A stretch of 64,000 nt of DNA from Spirochaetota bacterium (GCA_963664815.2 CAXXHB010000003.1:1344001-1408000), one strand, 5' to 3'. Shown: positions 1 to 10,364, numbered from the stretch's first letter. Notes: generated by a model from the letters alone, not told the origin. Translations and numbers: made by a program.

Positions 1-306
1 GCAGAATACTTCGGAACACGGGTAGAGGAGGTAAACAGCATATCCATGGAGGATCTGAGCAAAAATGAGGAGCTGCAGAGAGATGCAGCAAAGGTTCTCC
101 AGAGTTCGGATGAACTTAAAATTTCAATGGAGGGTGTAAAGATCGCAATCGAGGAGATCAATAAATCGATAAGCATAATTAATCTCTCCACGCAGGACCT
201 TGCTTCGGGCGCTGAAGATATCAGCAGCACAGCGAAGAAGGTGGCTAATTCAACAGAGAAACTCAGGGATGTCCTCTCAATGAAAATGAACCTGGCGGGG
301 GCATAG
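1..306 (+). CDS. C-terminal end of a methyl-accepting chemotaxis-like coiled-coil protein (5' part outside window)
   Basis: Heptad-rich 'IEEINKSISIINLSTQDLASGAEDISSTA' typical of MCP tails. Confidence 0.6.
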   Translation, partial: AEYFGTRVEEVNSISMEDLSKNEELQRDAAKVLQSSDELKISMEGVKIAIEEINKSISIINLSTQDLASGAEDISSTAKKVANSTEKLRDVLSMKMNLAGA

Positions 307-316
307 TCTTTTTTCG

Positions 317-1948
317 TCACCCCCGTTTTTTTATAAGCAGATAATTAATGCCGTCGGCAATGGCAAGCAGTGATGCCTCTGTAATATTCCCGGATACTCC
401 GATAGTGTTCCAGCTGTCGGATGTATCGCTCCATCCGGTAATTACCCTTATTCCGGATGCTGCACCATCAGCGGCATCCAGCACATGAACCCTGCAGCCA
501 GTCATCCGCAGATATTCAGTTTCCGGATAAATCCCCGTTAATACCCTTCTGAGCGAGTTTTCAACAGCATCTGCCGGCCCGGTTCCCTCAGCTGCGGTTC
601 TATATACCATGTTGTCAATAACTACCTCAAGCATCGCTTCAGCTGAAACCTCACCCCTGTCATTTTTATTCAAAACGACCCTGAACTCTTTTACCGTGAA
701 AAAAGAATGTTTTTTTCCGGACGCTCTCCGCAGAAGCAGCTCCAGAGAGGCATCGGCTCCTTCAAAACTGTATCCGCGGTTTTCCAGCTCCTTTATTTCC
801 CTTACGGCAGAGACGGCTGCTGTATCATTGCCGCTTATATCAATATTCATCTCCCCCGCCCTGCAGATGATGTTTGATATGCCGGAGAGTTCGGAGACCA
901 GTACCCTCCGTCTGTTTCCTACATCTTCAGGGGAAATATGCTCATAGGTAAGGGAATTCTTTAAAAGGGCGGATACATGGATACCGGCCTTGTGGGTAAA
1001 GGCCCCTTTTCCCGTGTAGGGCTGGTTGCTGCAGGGCGGCATGTTTGCAATTCCGTTTACGCAGTCAGCTATACCCTTCAGCTTTTTCAGGTTCCCCGCC
1101 GGGAGAACCCTCTGTCCGAGTTTAAGTTCCAGTCCCGGTATTACCACGCAGAGATCCGCGTTGCCGCACCGTTCGCCATAGCCGTTGATTGTTCCCTGCA
1201 CCTGTATGCAGCCGTTTCTGACTGCTGTCAGGCTACCTGCTGCCGCGCAGCCTGAGTCATTGTGCATGTGGATACCCATTGGCGTTGTAATTAATTGCCG
1301 TGCCTGCTGCACTGTACTGCCTATCTCCCATGGCATTGTCCCGCCGTTGGTATCGCAAAGTACAATCCAGTCCGCGCCTGCATCAGTTGCAGCCTGCAGA
1401 ACGCTCAGGGCATAGCCGCGGTTATTCCTGTAACCGTCAAAGAAATGTTCGGCATCAAATATTACCTCCAGCCCATGTTCTTTGAGCAGCATAATGCTTT
1501 CCCTGACCATGGCAAGGTTTTCTTCGAGGGTTGTTTCAAGCGCGCGCAGTACATGAAAATCCCAGCTTTTGCCGAACAGCGCTGCTGCAGTTACGCCGGA
1601 TTCAATTATGGATTTCAGATTGCTGTCCCTCTCTGCCGGGATCCCCGGTTTGCGGGTTGATCCAAATGCTGTTATGCGTGCATATTCGAGTTTATAATCA
1701 CCGATACGCTGAAAAAACTCCATATCCTTTGGGTTACTCCCCGGCCATCCCCCTTCAATATAGGAAATCCCCAGTGAGTCAAGGGCGAGAGCAATTTTAA
1801 TTTTATCTTCAATGGTGAATGAAATACCTTCACCCTGCGAACCGTCTCTCAGCGTTGTGTCATAGGCAAATACATCCGCATTAAACGTATTGTTTCTGAA
1901 AACTCTCCCGCTTATGCCGGGATGAAGTTCTGACTTATAATCCCCAAC
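317..1948 (-). CDS. cimA: Citramalate synthase (LeuA/CimA DRE-TIM family); true start is upstream of the ORF-track start
   Basis: Frame is open upstream of 1723 and reads DVFAYDTTLRDGSQGEGISF...IEGGWPGSNPKD; also GKSWDFHV, HxHND, NGYGERCGNADL, AFTHKAGIH. No in-frame ATG/GTG/TTG upstream of 1723 (see findings). Confidence 0.88.
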   Translation of the reverse strand, partial: VGDYKSELHPGISGRVFRNNTFNADVFAYDTTLRDGSQGEGISFTIEDKIKIALALDSLGISYIEGGWPGSNPKDMEFFQRIGDYKLEYARITAFGSTRKPGIPAERDSNLKSIIESGVTAAALFGKSWDFHVLRALETTLEENLAMVRESIMLLKEHGLEVIFDAEHFFDGYRNNRGYALSVLQAATDAGADWIVLCDTNGGTMPWEIGSTVQQARQLITTPMGIHMHNDSGCAAAGSLTAVRNGCIQVQGTINGYGERCGNADLCVVIPGLELKLGQRVLPAGNLKKLKGIADCVNGIANMPPCSNQPYTGKGAFTHKAGIHVSALLKNSLTYEHISPEDVGNRRRVLVSELSGISNIICRAGEMNIDISGNDTAAVSAVREIKELENRGYSFEGADASLELLLRRASGKKHSFFTVKEFRVVLNKNDRGEVSAEAMLEVVIDNMVYRTAAEGTGPADAVENSLRRVLTGIYPETEYLRMTGCRVHVLDAADGAASGIRVITGWSDTSDSWNTIGVSGNITEASLLAIADGINYLLIKKRG

Positions 1949-2007
1949 TCCTGTTCCTCCTGTCAGTCTGTTTTATTTTTATTAAGTCATGAAACGGGGA
2001 AATCATA

Positions 2008-2514
2008 CTACATTAAATACCTCTTCAGAAACATAATATCCCTGCCGTCGTCGCAGGCATGATTATTTATGACAGTGGGAATAAAGTCATTTCTGATAAG
2101 CAGTGAAAGCATCGGCTTATTATTGGTGAATACACCTCCATGCAGAGCATGGAAACCTCCGTCTGAGGCAGCATCGACAGAATACTGCAGCAGCTGTTTT
2201 CCCGCCCCTCTGTTCTTAAAACCCGGCCTGACGGCAAACCCGGAAATTTCAAATCCCTCGACAGGGGATTCTTTTACCACTGCAATCCCTGTAATCAGTT
2301 CATTGACATCAGTCGTTACGAAATATCTCCCCCCCATTTCCTGATGATGTGAAAACCAGAAGCTTACAATATCAGCACTGAACTCTTTCAGCGTAAAACT
2401 GAGGTATTTAAGGTTCTCACGGTCATTCCATATTTCAAGATAGGCCGGAAGAAGCTTTCCGAAATCCTCGCTGCATCTCTGTGGTACAAATTCACGTATT
2501 GTAAATTCAGACAT
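2008..2514 (-). CDS. GNAT family N-acetyltransferase
   Basis: AcCoA-binding-like 'FAVRPGFKNRGAGKQLL' and 'VFTNNKPMLSL'. Confidence 0.8.
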   Translation of the reverse strand: MSEFTIREFVPQRCSEDFGKLLPAYLEIWNDRENLKYLSFTLKEFSADIVSFWFSHHQEMGGRYFVTTDVNELITGIAVVKESPVEGFEISGFAVRPGFKNRGAGKQLLQYSVDAASDGGFHALHGGVFTNNKPMLSLLIRNDFIPTVINNHACDDGRDIMFLKRYLM

Positions 2515-2541
2515 ATATTGCCCCCTGATGATTATATATAT

Positions 2542-2581
2542 AAAAAAAGCCCCTGCGGTTTTGCCGGCAGGGGCTTTTTTT
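2542..2581 (-). terminator. Intrinsic terminator of attenuator upstream of GNAT-cimA
   Basis: Minus strand GCCCCTGC-CGGCAAAACC-GCAGGGGC followed by a T run. Confidence 0.85.
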
Positions 2582-2603
2582 ATTGCATATGTATTACTGA
2601 TCC

Positions 2604-2672
2604 CTACGGCATGGATAATATGTCGGCACCGTTAATAATAATTATCGCAGAGATTGTTTTTACGGTTTTCAT
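2604..2672 (-). promoter_or_regulatory. Ile-rich attenuation leader peptide MKTVKTISAIIIINGADILSMP
   Basis: 22-aa ORF with ATA ATT ATT ATT run immediately upstream of a terminator; 3' end TGCCGTAGGG can pair with CCCTGCCGGCA of the terminator 5' arm (antiterminator). Confidence 0.8.
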
Positions 2673-3241
2673 TATGCTTAAAAGAATCCTTGTTTAATAT
2701 AAATTCTCACTGGTCACAATAAACATAATATATGATTAACGGTCAATAATATTTTAAGAGGGGGATTAATTAATATTAAAAAAAAGAGTAATTCAAAGAC
2801 ATTTTTTCAAATGTTTATAACCGTTAATTAAATATAAGCTATCCTGTACCTGGTAAAACAAAATTGACATATTTTTACAGGGTTATATATCTGAGGCTGT
2901 GTAATATACCGGTTTGAAAAACTGAAATTGTAAAATAAAACCTTATCACGATTACATGATTGCGGGATTTGCTTACTGCGGATAAGATCGATATGCTTGT
3001 TGATGATCTGAAGAAAATGACGATCTGAAGAAAATTCGCGCCTCATTGTAAAAGAATTGACTAATTCCGTAAAAGATATTAATTTCTGAAAGTAGTAATT
3101 CCTTAACATGCATTTTATCTTATAAAAAGATTAAGGAATAATTTTTTGAATTTTTGTTATATCATAGCACTCTTGAATTATCATATTTCGTTTTAAAAAT
3201 GCAGAGATTTGTTTAATCCGGTTATTTCATGGGAGGTTTAT

Positions 3242-4045
3242 ATGTTTAAACGTTATTTTTATGCCTTTGTGCTGATTTTTTTTGTAATTCTGAAGATGAA
3301 TGTTTCTGCCGCAATTCCCGTGGCTGTAATGCCCTTTGAAGGGGAAAAAGCCTCCCAGGATGCCGAAAAAAAAGTCAGGGAGCTGCTCGGCAAATCGAGC
3401 GGGATAACTGTTGTTGCCCAGAAAATGATGGGGGAGATTATCAAGGTTCATCAGAACGCACAGGTTGTCGGTTCAGAAAATCTTGATCTGTCCAAAATAA
3501 AAGCCGCTGAGTTTCTTATAACAGGGAGCGTATCTGAGGGGAAACTGGTGCTCAAGGCTGTTGATGTTAACGAGGGGACAGAGGTGTATAATGAAACAAT
3601 TGAACTGACCGGAGACAGCAAGCGACTTGTCGCGAAGGCCGTAAAGGATATGAGCGACAAAATTCTTTTCAAGAACTCCTCGAAGAGCGGGGATGTTCCG
3701 TCAGAAGCCAAACCGTACATGGATGTCCTTAACAAGCTTGCAGCCTCCATGGGCGGAGACGATGCTTCCTCCTATCCCTATATAGCAATTTATTTAAGCG
3801 GAGCTTATAATCATCCGGACGGCGGGAATAAAAAGGCTGTAGAAAATGCAAAACTTATGCTCAGGGTAATGAGGCCCTATCTTCTCAGGTCAAAGCTTTA
3901 CTATATCAGCATGAAAGGTGAAAATGTATGGGTATATCTTGAGGTTGTGGCTGAAAAGACCGGCAAGAAGACCAAGCTAAAAATAGGTGTAATCGAACTT
4001 GCTGACGGCTCTCTCGGCGTGGGATTATTTGAGGAGATTAAATAG
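3242..4045 (+). CDS. Exported hypothetical protein with CsgG/TolB-N-like alpha/beta N-terminal domain
   Basis: GGAGG RBS before ATG 3242; signal peptide; 'VAVMPFEG...AEFLITGSV'. Confidence 0.55.
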   Translation: MFKRYFYAFVLIFFVILKMNVSAAIPVAVMPFEGEKASQDAEKKVRELLGKSSGITVVAQKMMGEIIKVHQNAQVVGSENLDLSKIKAAEFLITGSVSEGKLVLKAVDVNEGTEVYNETIELTGDSKRLVAKAVKDMSDKILFKNSSKSGDVPSEAKPYMDVLNKLAASMGGDDASSYPYIAIYLSGAYNHPDGGNKKAVENAKLMLRVMRPYLLRSKLYYISMKGENVWVYLEVVAEKTGKKTKLKIGVIELADGSLGVGLFEEIK

Positions 4046-4052
4046 CCGGTTT

Positions 4053-4757
4053 TCAGATTAACCGCCCGAGAATGAACGGGAGAGCGGTTTCCACCCGGAG
4101 AACCCTCTCCCCGAGCGAAACAGGAATAAAGCCCCCCGCTTTCAGCATGTCAATTTCGTAAGGAATAAAACCACCCTCCGGCCCTATGGCAAGAGTGACC
4201 GGGGTTTCTGCACTGCGGGGGCACAGGGTATCTGCCTCGGGGTGTGCTGCAAGAGCCAGGCTCCCGTCAATGATTGCGGGGAGTTCATCCTCCGCGAATG
4301 GTTTAAAGCGTTTTCTGATTTTAACAGAGGGCAGAATGGTATCCTTCCCCTGCTCAAGGCCGGTTATCAGCTGGTTATGTATACTCTCCTCTTCAAGAAC
4401 AGGGCTTTCCCAGTAGCTTTTTTCCACCCGCCATGTTTTTATAATGTATATATCCTTAATGCCCATTGATGCGGCGTGCTGAAGTACCCTGTTTAAGACC
4501 TTTGGCCTGGGCATGGCCAGTATCAGTTTAACATGAATCGGGTCCGGCGGGGGATACTGCATGTTCAGTGTAAGGACAAGTTTCCGGTCACTTATATCTG
4601 TAACAATCCCTTCCCCCATCAATCCGTTGAGGATGCCGGTTTTAAGCGTATCACCAGCGGAGGGTTTTATGAAAGAGAGAATATGCTCAAGCTTTCTCCC
4701 GGTAATTTCAACTTTACCCTCCTGTATGTCGTTTTCCATAAGTAATATTATGTTCAT
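4053..4757 (-). CDS. rsmE: 16S rRNA m3U1498 methyltransferase
   Basis: SPOUT motifs 'IGPEGGF' and 'SLGERVLRVETA'. Confidence 0.92.
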   Translation of the reverse strand: MNIILLMENDIQEGKVEITGRKLEHILSFIKPSAGDTLKTGILNGLMGEGIVTDISDRKLVLTLNMQYPPPDPIHVKLILAMPRPKVLNRVLQHAASMGIKDIYIIKTWRVEKSYWESPVLEEESIHNQLITGLEQGKDTILPSVKIRKRFKPFAEDELPAIIDGSLALAAHPEADTLCPRSAETPVTLAIGPEGGFIPYEIDMLKAGGFIPVSLGERVLRVETALPFILGRLI

Positions 4758-4813
4758 TGTTTTAAACTGTATTTTTTAATGTTAATTCCCTGACATATAT
4801 TTCAGTAAAAAAT

Positions 4814-4860
4814 AACCTGTTATATCCCGCCGCCGTTTTGGCGGCGGGATATAACAGGTT
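4814..4860. terminator. Perfect 21-bp inverted repeat, probable terminator
   Basis: AACCTGTTATATCCCGCCGCC-gtttt-GGCGGCGGGATATAACAGGTT. Confidence 0.7.
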
Positions 4861-4883
4861 TCTGTTAAAAAGTTCAGTAATGA

Positions 4884-5516
4884 CTATAATTTTTTCCCTG
4901 TTATAAGAAATATTGAAAAGGTGTTGTTCTTTCCGTCAATGCCAGGTTTTTCCATCTTTGCGGCTGTGACATCAGACACTTCATCAAACCCGGCATCCCT
5001 GAAATATTTTTTCATATCATCCCTCTGGAATCCATTATGAAAAACACCATCATTGTTTTCGTGGAATTTACCCTCATCCGGATCGAGGTCCGCAATACAG
5101 AGGTATCCGCCGCTTTTTAAAACTCCGCAGAACTCCTTTATGAGCGGAGCGGGGTATTCTATATGGTGCATGGTCATGCTGCAGGTGACAAGGTCGTACA
5201 AACCTGTGAGTTTGTCTCCACCTGCAGAATTGAGATGAAATGTTTTTATACGCTGAATCTGCTGCCCGGAGATCTTTGAGTTAAGGACATCAAGCATCCC
5301 GGACGAACTGTCAAATCCCGTTACTGAATTTACATGCGGGAGTATATTCAGCGACAGAAGACCTGTTCCGCAGCCGAAATCCATTACATCCATATCCCCG
5401 GAGAGTCTTATGTTGCCGCTTATTGCCTCAAAAACCGAGCGGGCCATTTTTAAACGTCCCGGGTTTTCATCCCATGTTGCCGCAGCTTGATCGAAATCTC
5501 TTTTTTCTGTTGTCAT
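4884..5516 (-). CDS. Class I SAM-dependent methyltransferase
   Basis: 'VMDFGCGTG', 'FDSSSGML', 'YDLVTCSMTMHH'. Confidence 0.88.
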   Translation of the reverse strand: MTTEKRDFDQAAATWDENPGRLKMARSVFEAISGNIRLSGDMDVMDFGCGTGLLSLNILPHVNSVTGFDSSSGMLDVLNSKISGQQIQRIKTFHLNSAGGDKLTGLYDLVTCSMTMHHIEYPAPLIKEFCGVLKSGGYLCIADLDPDEGKFHENNDGVFHNGFQRDDMKKYFRDAGFDEVSDVTAAKMEKPGIDGKNNTFSIFLITGKKL

Positions 5517-5543
5517 AACTTATTCCTCTTTATAATAGGCAGA

Positions 5544-6188
5544 TTAATCTGCAAGGTATATCTCTATACGCTCCCTGCCGCCGCCAGGGTTGTTTCTCTT
5601 AAGCCTTAATGCCCCGACCTCGCCGGTTTTTCTTAAATGCGTCCCTCCGCAGGGTACCCTGGCGAAGCCTGGAATCTCCCAGTATCTTCTCTCTTTTTCA
5701 GGGTCGCTGAACTTGCTGAAAATATCATGGTCTGCATCAACTAACTCTTTAATGAGTTTCTCAAGGAGCGGAAATGTTTCTGATATATTGCCGTTCCAAA
5801 TAAAGTCAACCCTTGCTTTTTCACAGGTAATGTTTGCCCCGGTTTTTTCAGGCCTGCTGAAATTGGTGTAAACCAGCTCAAGGACAAGTTCGGCGGCAAA
5901 GTGAAGCCTCATTATCTTATATCTCCTTTCCCGGTCTATCTTTACTTTAACTCTGTCCCCCTCTTTCAGGGAATGACCTTCGTCGATGGTGTAGAATATC
6001 TCCAGGCCATCTTTCCTGGCATCAAGAATTTCATATCCGCCTATTGTCCCGGAATCTGACTGCTGACCCCCGGAAAAGGGGTAGGCAACAGTCTGGTTCA
6101 GCGTTATTATATTTTTGTCTGCCGAGACAATCACTGCATCAATTTCAGATAGATATGGGTCTTCCCAGAAAACCTTTTTTACCGGCAT
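5544..6188 (-). CDS. Alanyl-tRNA editing protein (AlaX-M type)
   Basis: 'YPFSGGQQSDSG', 'MRLHFAAEL', 'CGGTH'. Confidence 0.88.
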   Translation of the reverse strand: MPVKKVFWEDPYLSEIDAVIVSADKNIITLNQTVAYPFSGGQQSDSGTIGGYEILDARKDGLEIFYTIDEGHSLKEGDRVKVKIDRERRYKIMRLHFAAELVLELVYTNFSRPEKTGANITCEKARVDFIWNGNISETFPLLEKLIKELVDADHDIFSKFSDPEKERRYWEIPGFARVPCGGTHLRKTGEVGALRLKRNNPGGGRERIEIYLAD

Positions 6189-6430
6189 GTTTTTTATCCA
6201 TGAAATAGAATATGTTCAGGAATTATCACTGTTTTAATTTATCAAACAGTTTTTTTATATTAAGCATCAGCAATATATTTTTTATAATAAAAATGCTCTG
6301 TTTTCTTCGCCGCCGGAAGGGGGCGGGGTGATATTATGTATTTTTATTTTTGTGGATAATTTTCATTGCATGGTGAATCATGGATTTCTTAATGGTTTAA
6401 AATTTATAATACATCTGATGACGGAAAATA

Positions 6431-7258
6431 ATGTTTGAGTTTACTTATTCAATATCTTCAAAGCTTGAAGATCAGTATTCAGAGCTGCTTATGAGCGCCG
6501 GGATAGCCTCCTTCTGCTTTGAGAAAATTTCCGGCAGACTCTTTCTCAAGGTATATCTGGATATTCCTGAACCGGTACCTGGAATCAGCCCGGCCTCACT
6601 TGTAAATGTTGCGGAGATTCATGATTCAGACTGGAAGAATAAATGGGCGGAGGGGTATACTGGGCATGAACTTACAGAGAATATCTATGTAATCCCACCC
6701 GGGATCGTACCCCCGGAAAAGAGCTACCACCTTGTTATACAGATCGACCCCGAGGATTCTTTTGGAGATGGCCACCATCCGACAACAAGGCTATGCGGTA
6801 CATTGCTTGAACAGGTAATTGAAATGTACCCATATCCCGGGGAGCTTTCCCTTATTGACATAGGAACAGGTTCAGGAGTGCTTGCAATCCTGGGTGCTCT
6901 TATGGGGATAAGTGATGTTGAACTTTTTGATTATGACAGGGATTCGGTAATCAAGGCGGATAAAAATTTATGCCTTAACGGAATATCCGGTATAAGAGCC
7001 TCACTTGATGATCTTTATACCTTCACCAGCAGTAAAAAATACGACATTATAACGGCTAATCTTCTCTCAAGAATAATAGAAGAGAACATCGGGAGGCTGA
7101 AAGCGCTTTTAAAGCCTGACGGTTTTATGATACTCAGCGGAATAAGCTCAATATGGAGTGAGGATATGAAAATGTTGTTTAAAATCTCAGGATTAACAGC
7201 AGTTTTTCATAAAAAGCTTGAAGAGTGGGAGGGTTTTGTGCTAAAATTGAATTCTTAG
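6431..7258 (+). CDS. prmA: Ribosomal protein L11 methyltransferase
   Basis: 'SFGDGHHPTT', 'DIGTGSGVLAI', 'YDIITANL', 'MILSGI'. Confidence 0.88.
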   Translation: MFEFTYSISSKLEDQYSELLMSAGIASFCFEKISGRLFLKVYLDIPEPVPGISPASLVNVAEIHDSDWKNKWAEGYTGHELTENIYVIPPGIVPPEKSYHLVIQIDPEDSFGDGHHPTTRLCGTLLEQVIEMYPYPGELSLIDIGTGSGVLAILGALMGISDVELFDYDRDSVIKADKNLCLNGISGIRASLDDLYTFTSSKKYDIITANLLSRIIEENIGRLKALLKPDGFMILSGISSIWSEDMKMLFKISGLTAVFHKKLEEWEGFVLKLNS

Positions 7259-7306
7259 TCACCGGTTAAAACTGAACCGGAAAGGAAATCTGAAGGAGAG
7301 TAAAAG

Positions 7307-8395
7307 ATGTCTGAAAGCATAATCTTTTTCGGTGCATGCCTCTGTTTCCTCTCCGCTGTTTCACAGCTTGTACTTAAAATTAAAAAAAGGGAAAATTATA
7401 ATCTTGCACTGATCTTTACTCTCCTGGGGATAATACTTTTACAGTTCCATTCAGTAGTTGACTCTTCTGTTTTTACGCACCCTTTATATATGGCTTTTCA
7501 TCCGACAATACTCTATATATTCTGTCCGCTGCTGTATTATGCCTATTATGTTGTCTCCTTTCCCGATGCGGATATTCCGCAAAAATATGCTCTGTTCTTT
7601 ATTCCGGCTTTTATATCTGCCGCTGCAGACAGCTGGCTTTTTATTTTCAGGCACAATTCATCCCATGATTTTGTAAGGATGCTCTTTAACGGGGAGAATT
7701 CTCTCGAGGTTGTAATATTCAAGGTATTGGCAATAGGCGCCATCGGGCAGATACTTATATACCACATAAAGCTTATAAAGGTACTTGTACCATCCATGAA
7801 GGATAATCATGAGAATAATATTATATATGTTACCTTTATAGTATCCATTGCATCGGCAATATCCCCGGCGGCGCTGATCCCTGGATATGTGCTGGGGGAT
7901 GTAAACTACATAAAATACGGCGCCATCCTTATTACAGCGAGCTTTATCCTGACAAATCTTGCCGGTGTAAGGTATCCCGGTTTTCTGCAGATGCTGTCGT
8001 TCAAGGTGAAAAGGGGGATATACTCACGCTCACTCCTTAAAGGTCTTGATGTGGACAGGCTTATGCTGGAGCTTGAAAGGCTGATGACGGTTAAGAAGGT
8101 GTACCGTGATGATTCAATAAATCTTGCGGATACGGCAGCAAGCCTTAAAATAACACATCATCAGCTCTCACAGCTCCTTAATGAAAGGCTGAGCATGAAC
8201 TTCAACACATATATAAACTCATACAGAATTGAAGATGCAAAAAACCTTTTAATTGCCAACCCTGACAGAACAGTTCTCACAATAGCCTACGAAGTCGGAT
8301 TTAACTCAAAATCCTCATTTTATGAATCATTTACAAAAATTACGGGGGTCACCCCCGTTGAATACCGCAAGACATATCATTTTATAATCAAGTGA
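7307..8395 (+). CDS. Membrane-anchored AraC family regulator
   Basis: Multiple N-terminal TM segments; C-terminal 'IAYEVGFNSKSSFYESFTKITGVTPVEYR'. Confidence 0.88.
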   Translation: MSESIIFFGACLCFLSAVSQLVLKIKKRENYNLALIFTLLGIILLQFHSVVDSSVFTHPLYMAFHPTILYIFCPLLYYAYYVVSFPDADIPQKYALFFIPAFISAAADSWLFIFRHNSSHDFVRMLFNGENSLEVVIFKVLAIGAIGQILIYHIKLIKVLVPSMKDNHENNIIYVTFIVSIASAISPAALIPGYVLGDVNYIKYGAILITASFILTNLAGVRYPGFLQMLSFKVKRGIYSRSLLKGLDVDRLMLELERLMTVKKVYRDDSINLADTAASLKITHHQLSQLLNERLSMNFNTYINSYRIEDAKNLLIANPDRTVLTIAYEVGFNSKSSFYESFTKITGVTPVEYRKTYHFIIK

Positions 8396-8410
8396 CATGA
8401 ATAAATCACC

Positions 8411-8741
8411 CCGGCAGCAGCCCCCTGAATCCTCCGGAGGATCCATAATCTTCCGGCGGCAGCCCCCTGAATCCCCCGGAGGATCCATAATCTTCAGGCA
8501 ACAGCCCCCTGAATCCTCTGAAGGATCCATAATCTTCAGGCAACAGCTCCCTAAATCCCCCGGAGGATCCATAATCTTCCGGCAACAGCCCCCTGAATCC
8601 CGCGGAGGATCCATAATCTTCCGGCAGCAGCCCCCTGAATCCCCCGGAGGATCCATAATCTTCAGGCAACAGCCCCCTGAATCCTCTGAAGGATCCATAA
8701 TCTTCCGGCAACAGCCCCCTAAATCCCCCGGAGGGGGACTT
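8411..8741. repeat. 42-bp tandem array (7 full units plus a partial unit running into an inverted-repeat end)
   Basis: Unit CCGGCARCAGCCCCCTGAATCCYCCGGAGGATCCATAATCTT at 8411, 8453 ... 8705. Confidence 0.95.
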
Positions 8742-8947
8742 GAAGATACTGTTATGAAATTATTTGTGTTAAATATTTTCTTATTTCAGACAGAACATAA
8801 TCAATTTCTGCTGCAGGCTTTTTCTCATGGCAGTAAAAAATCAGGTATTTATCTGTATATTAGATGCTGAACTCATAAATTTACTATTAAACTTGATATT
8901 TATTTGTAAAGCAGTCTTTAAGTCCTCCGCCGGGGGATTTAGGGGGC
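8714..8947 (-). mobile_element. IR-bounded element with heavily deleted DUF559-like endonuclease remnant
   Basis: IRs GCCCCCTAAATCCCCC..GGGGACTT (8714-8741) and AAGTCC..GGGGGATTTAGGGGGC (8920-8947); minus strand reads FYCHEKKPAAEIDYVL. Confidence 0.6.
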
Positions 8948-9191
8948 TTCCGGTACAAGTGAATTTACCGGATGATGTGCCTTCCAAACCGTGAGTGCGT
9001 GAGCCGGGGGCTTATAGTTGCTGGTTCCGGCGGCAGTTATATATATTGAAAAAAGCTGTTTATGATAAAAAAACTGTCCGGATATATCTTTCCGGTCGAA
9101 TAACTTCCTTTTTAAGTTAATTATACAGATGTAATAAAATCACGTACATTATGAATGCTTAAAAAATAAAAAGCGGCAGCGGGAGAGTACT

Positions 9192-10364
9192 ATGAATATA
9201 CCCGATTATTTTGAATTCTATAACAAAACAAAGATCAGTGCGGGGAATAAGGCGCTGGAAAATATCCCCTTTGAGCTTGAAAGCATGAGTGCTGTCAAAC
9301 CATTTGTGATTACCGACAAAAGGTCTTCACAGATCGGAATCGTCAGTGCGCTGGTGAAGTCATTTTACGATTCGGGGGTAACCATCGGTGCGGTATATGA
9401 TGAAGTGCCCGGATATCTTTCCGATCCTCTTTTAAAGGAACTATCTGAACTTTTCCGGGAAAGAGGGTGTGATTCAATTATTGCCCTCGGCGGTGATGCT
9501 GCGGCATCCGCGGCAAAATGCCTTAATGTTCTTGTGTCAGACAAATCAGGTGATCTTGCCGGTAATATGGAGAAAAACGCTCCGTTAAAACCATTTGTTT
9601 TTGTTCCGTCAATACGGGCATGCGGTTCAGAAACATCCAATGAACTGGTAACAGAGTCATGCATCTATAAATCTGATGAACTCTTCCCCGATCTTGTGAT
9701 AGTTGACAAAAGGATGCTTGAAAAGAGTGATAAAAAAATAACAGCCTCCTCTGCAATGCTTGCCCTTACGCAGGCAATAGAGGCATGTACATCGGGTGAA
9801 TCGAATCCGTTAAACGATTCTTTCGCATATGCGTCGATAGAGCTTGTCTACGGAAATATGGCGGATGCGCTTAAATGCTGCGGCAGGGCAAAAGAGAAAA
9901 CCGGTTTCATGAACGGCGTGGCAATATCGGGAATAGTCTATTCCAATGCTCCAGAGGGGCTGGCCCGGGCGATAGGTTTTGAAATGGAGAAGATGACGGG
10001 ACATGCTGCAGGGCTCTGCGCGGGGCTTGTTCTTCCATATGCCCTCGACTATAAATTGCGCTTTGAAAAAAGCGGGGTAAGGGGTGAACTGCTTCTTCCG
10101 CTTGCGGGGATTGATAATTACTGCTCTGTAAAAGAGAGTGAAAGGGCCGCTAAAAGCATTGAGCTGCTTTATCTGATGATAGATAATCTTGAAGATGTAA
10201 TTCCCGGAAGAATAAGGGATCTGAATATACCGGTGTATATGATCAAAAAGATAGCAGAAGCGGCTGAAGAGCGGGCGGGTATAAAATACGGCAAAGGGGC
10301 TGCACTTAAAATTCTTGAACATGCCTACGAGGGGATACCATTTAAAAAGGAGGGTTCCAGATGA
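9192..10364 (+). CDS. Iron-containing alcohol dehydrogenase-like protein, metal and NAD motifs degenerate
   Basis: Collinear with 10968-12236 but GGGS->GGDA and metal ligands D/H/H/H replaced. Confidence 0.75.
   Translation: MNIPDYFEFYNKTKISAGNKALENIPFELESMSAVKPFVITDKRSSQIGIVSALVKSFYDSGVTIGAVYDEVPGYLSDPLLKELSELFRERGCDSIIALGGDAAASAAKCLNVLVSDKSGDLAGNMEKNAPLKPFVFVPSIRACGSETSNELVTESCIYKSDELFPDLVIVDKRMLEKSDKKITASSAMLALTQAIEACTSGESNPLNDSFAYASIELVYGNMADALKCCGRAKEKTGFMNGVAISGIVYSNAPEGLARAIGFEMEKMTGHAAGLCAGLVLPYALDYKLRFEKSGVRGELLLPLAGIDNYCSVKESERAAKSIELLYLMIDNLEDVIPGRIRDLNIPVYMIKKIAEAAEERAGIKYGKGAALKILEHAYEGIPFKKEGSR

Noticed and set aside
609-1800. Antisense ORFs overlapping cimA (and similar ones over ADH, amidase, ilvD and RND)
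   Set aside because: Shadow ORFs opposite well-supported genes
8327-8870. Repeat-peptide ORFs (RQQPPES.., PEDYGS..) here and at 12315-12743
   Set aside because: By-products of a 42-bp (14-codon) repeat that is open in several frames on both strands; no RBS evidence
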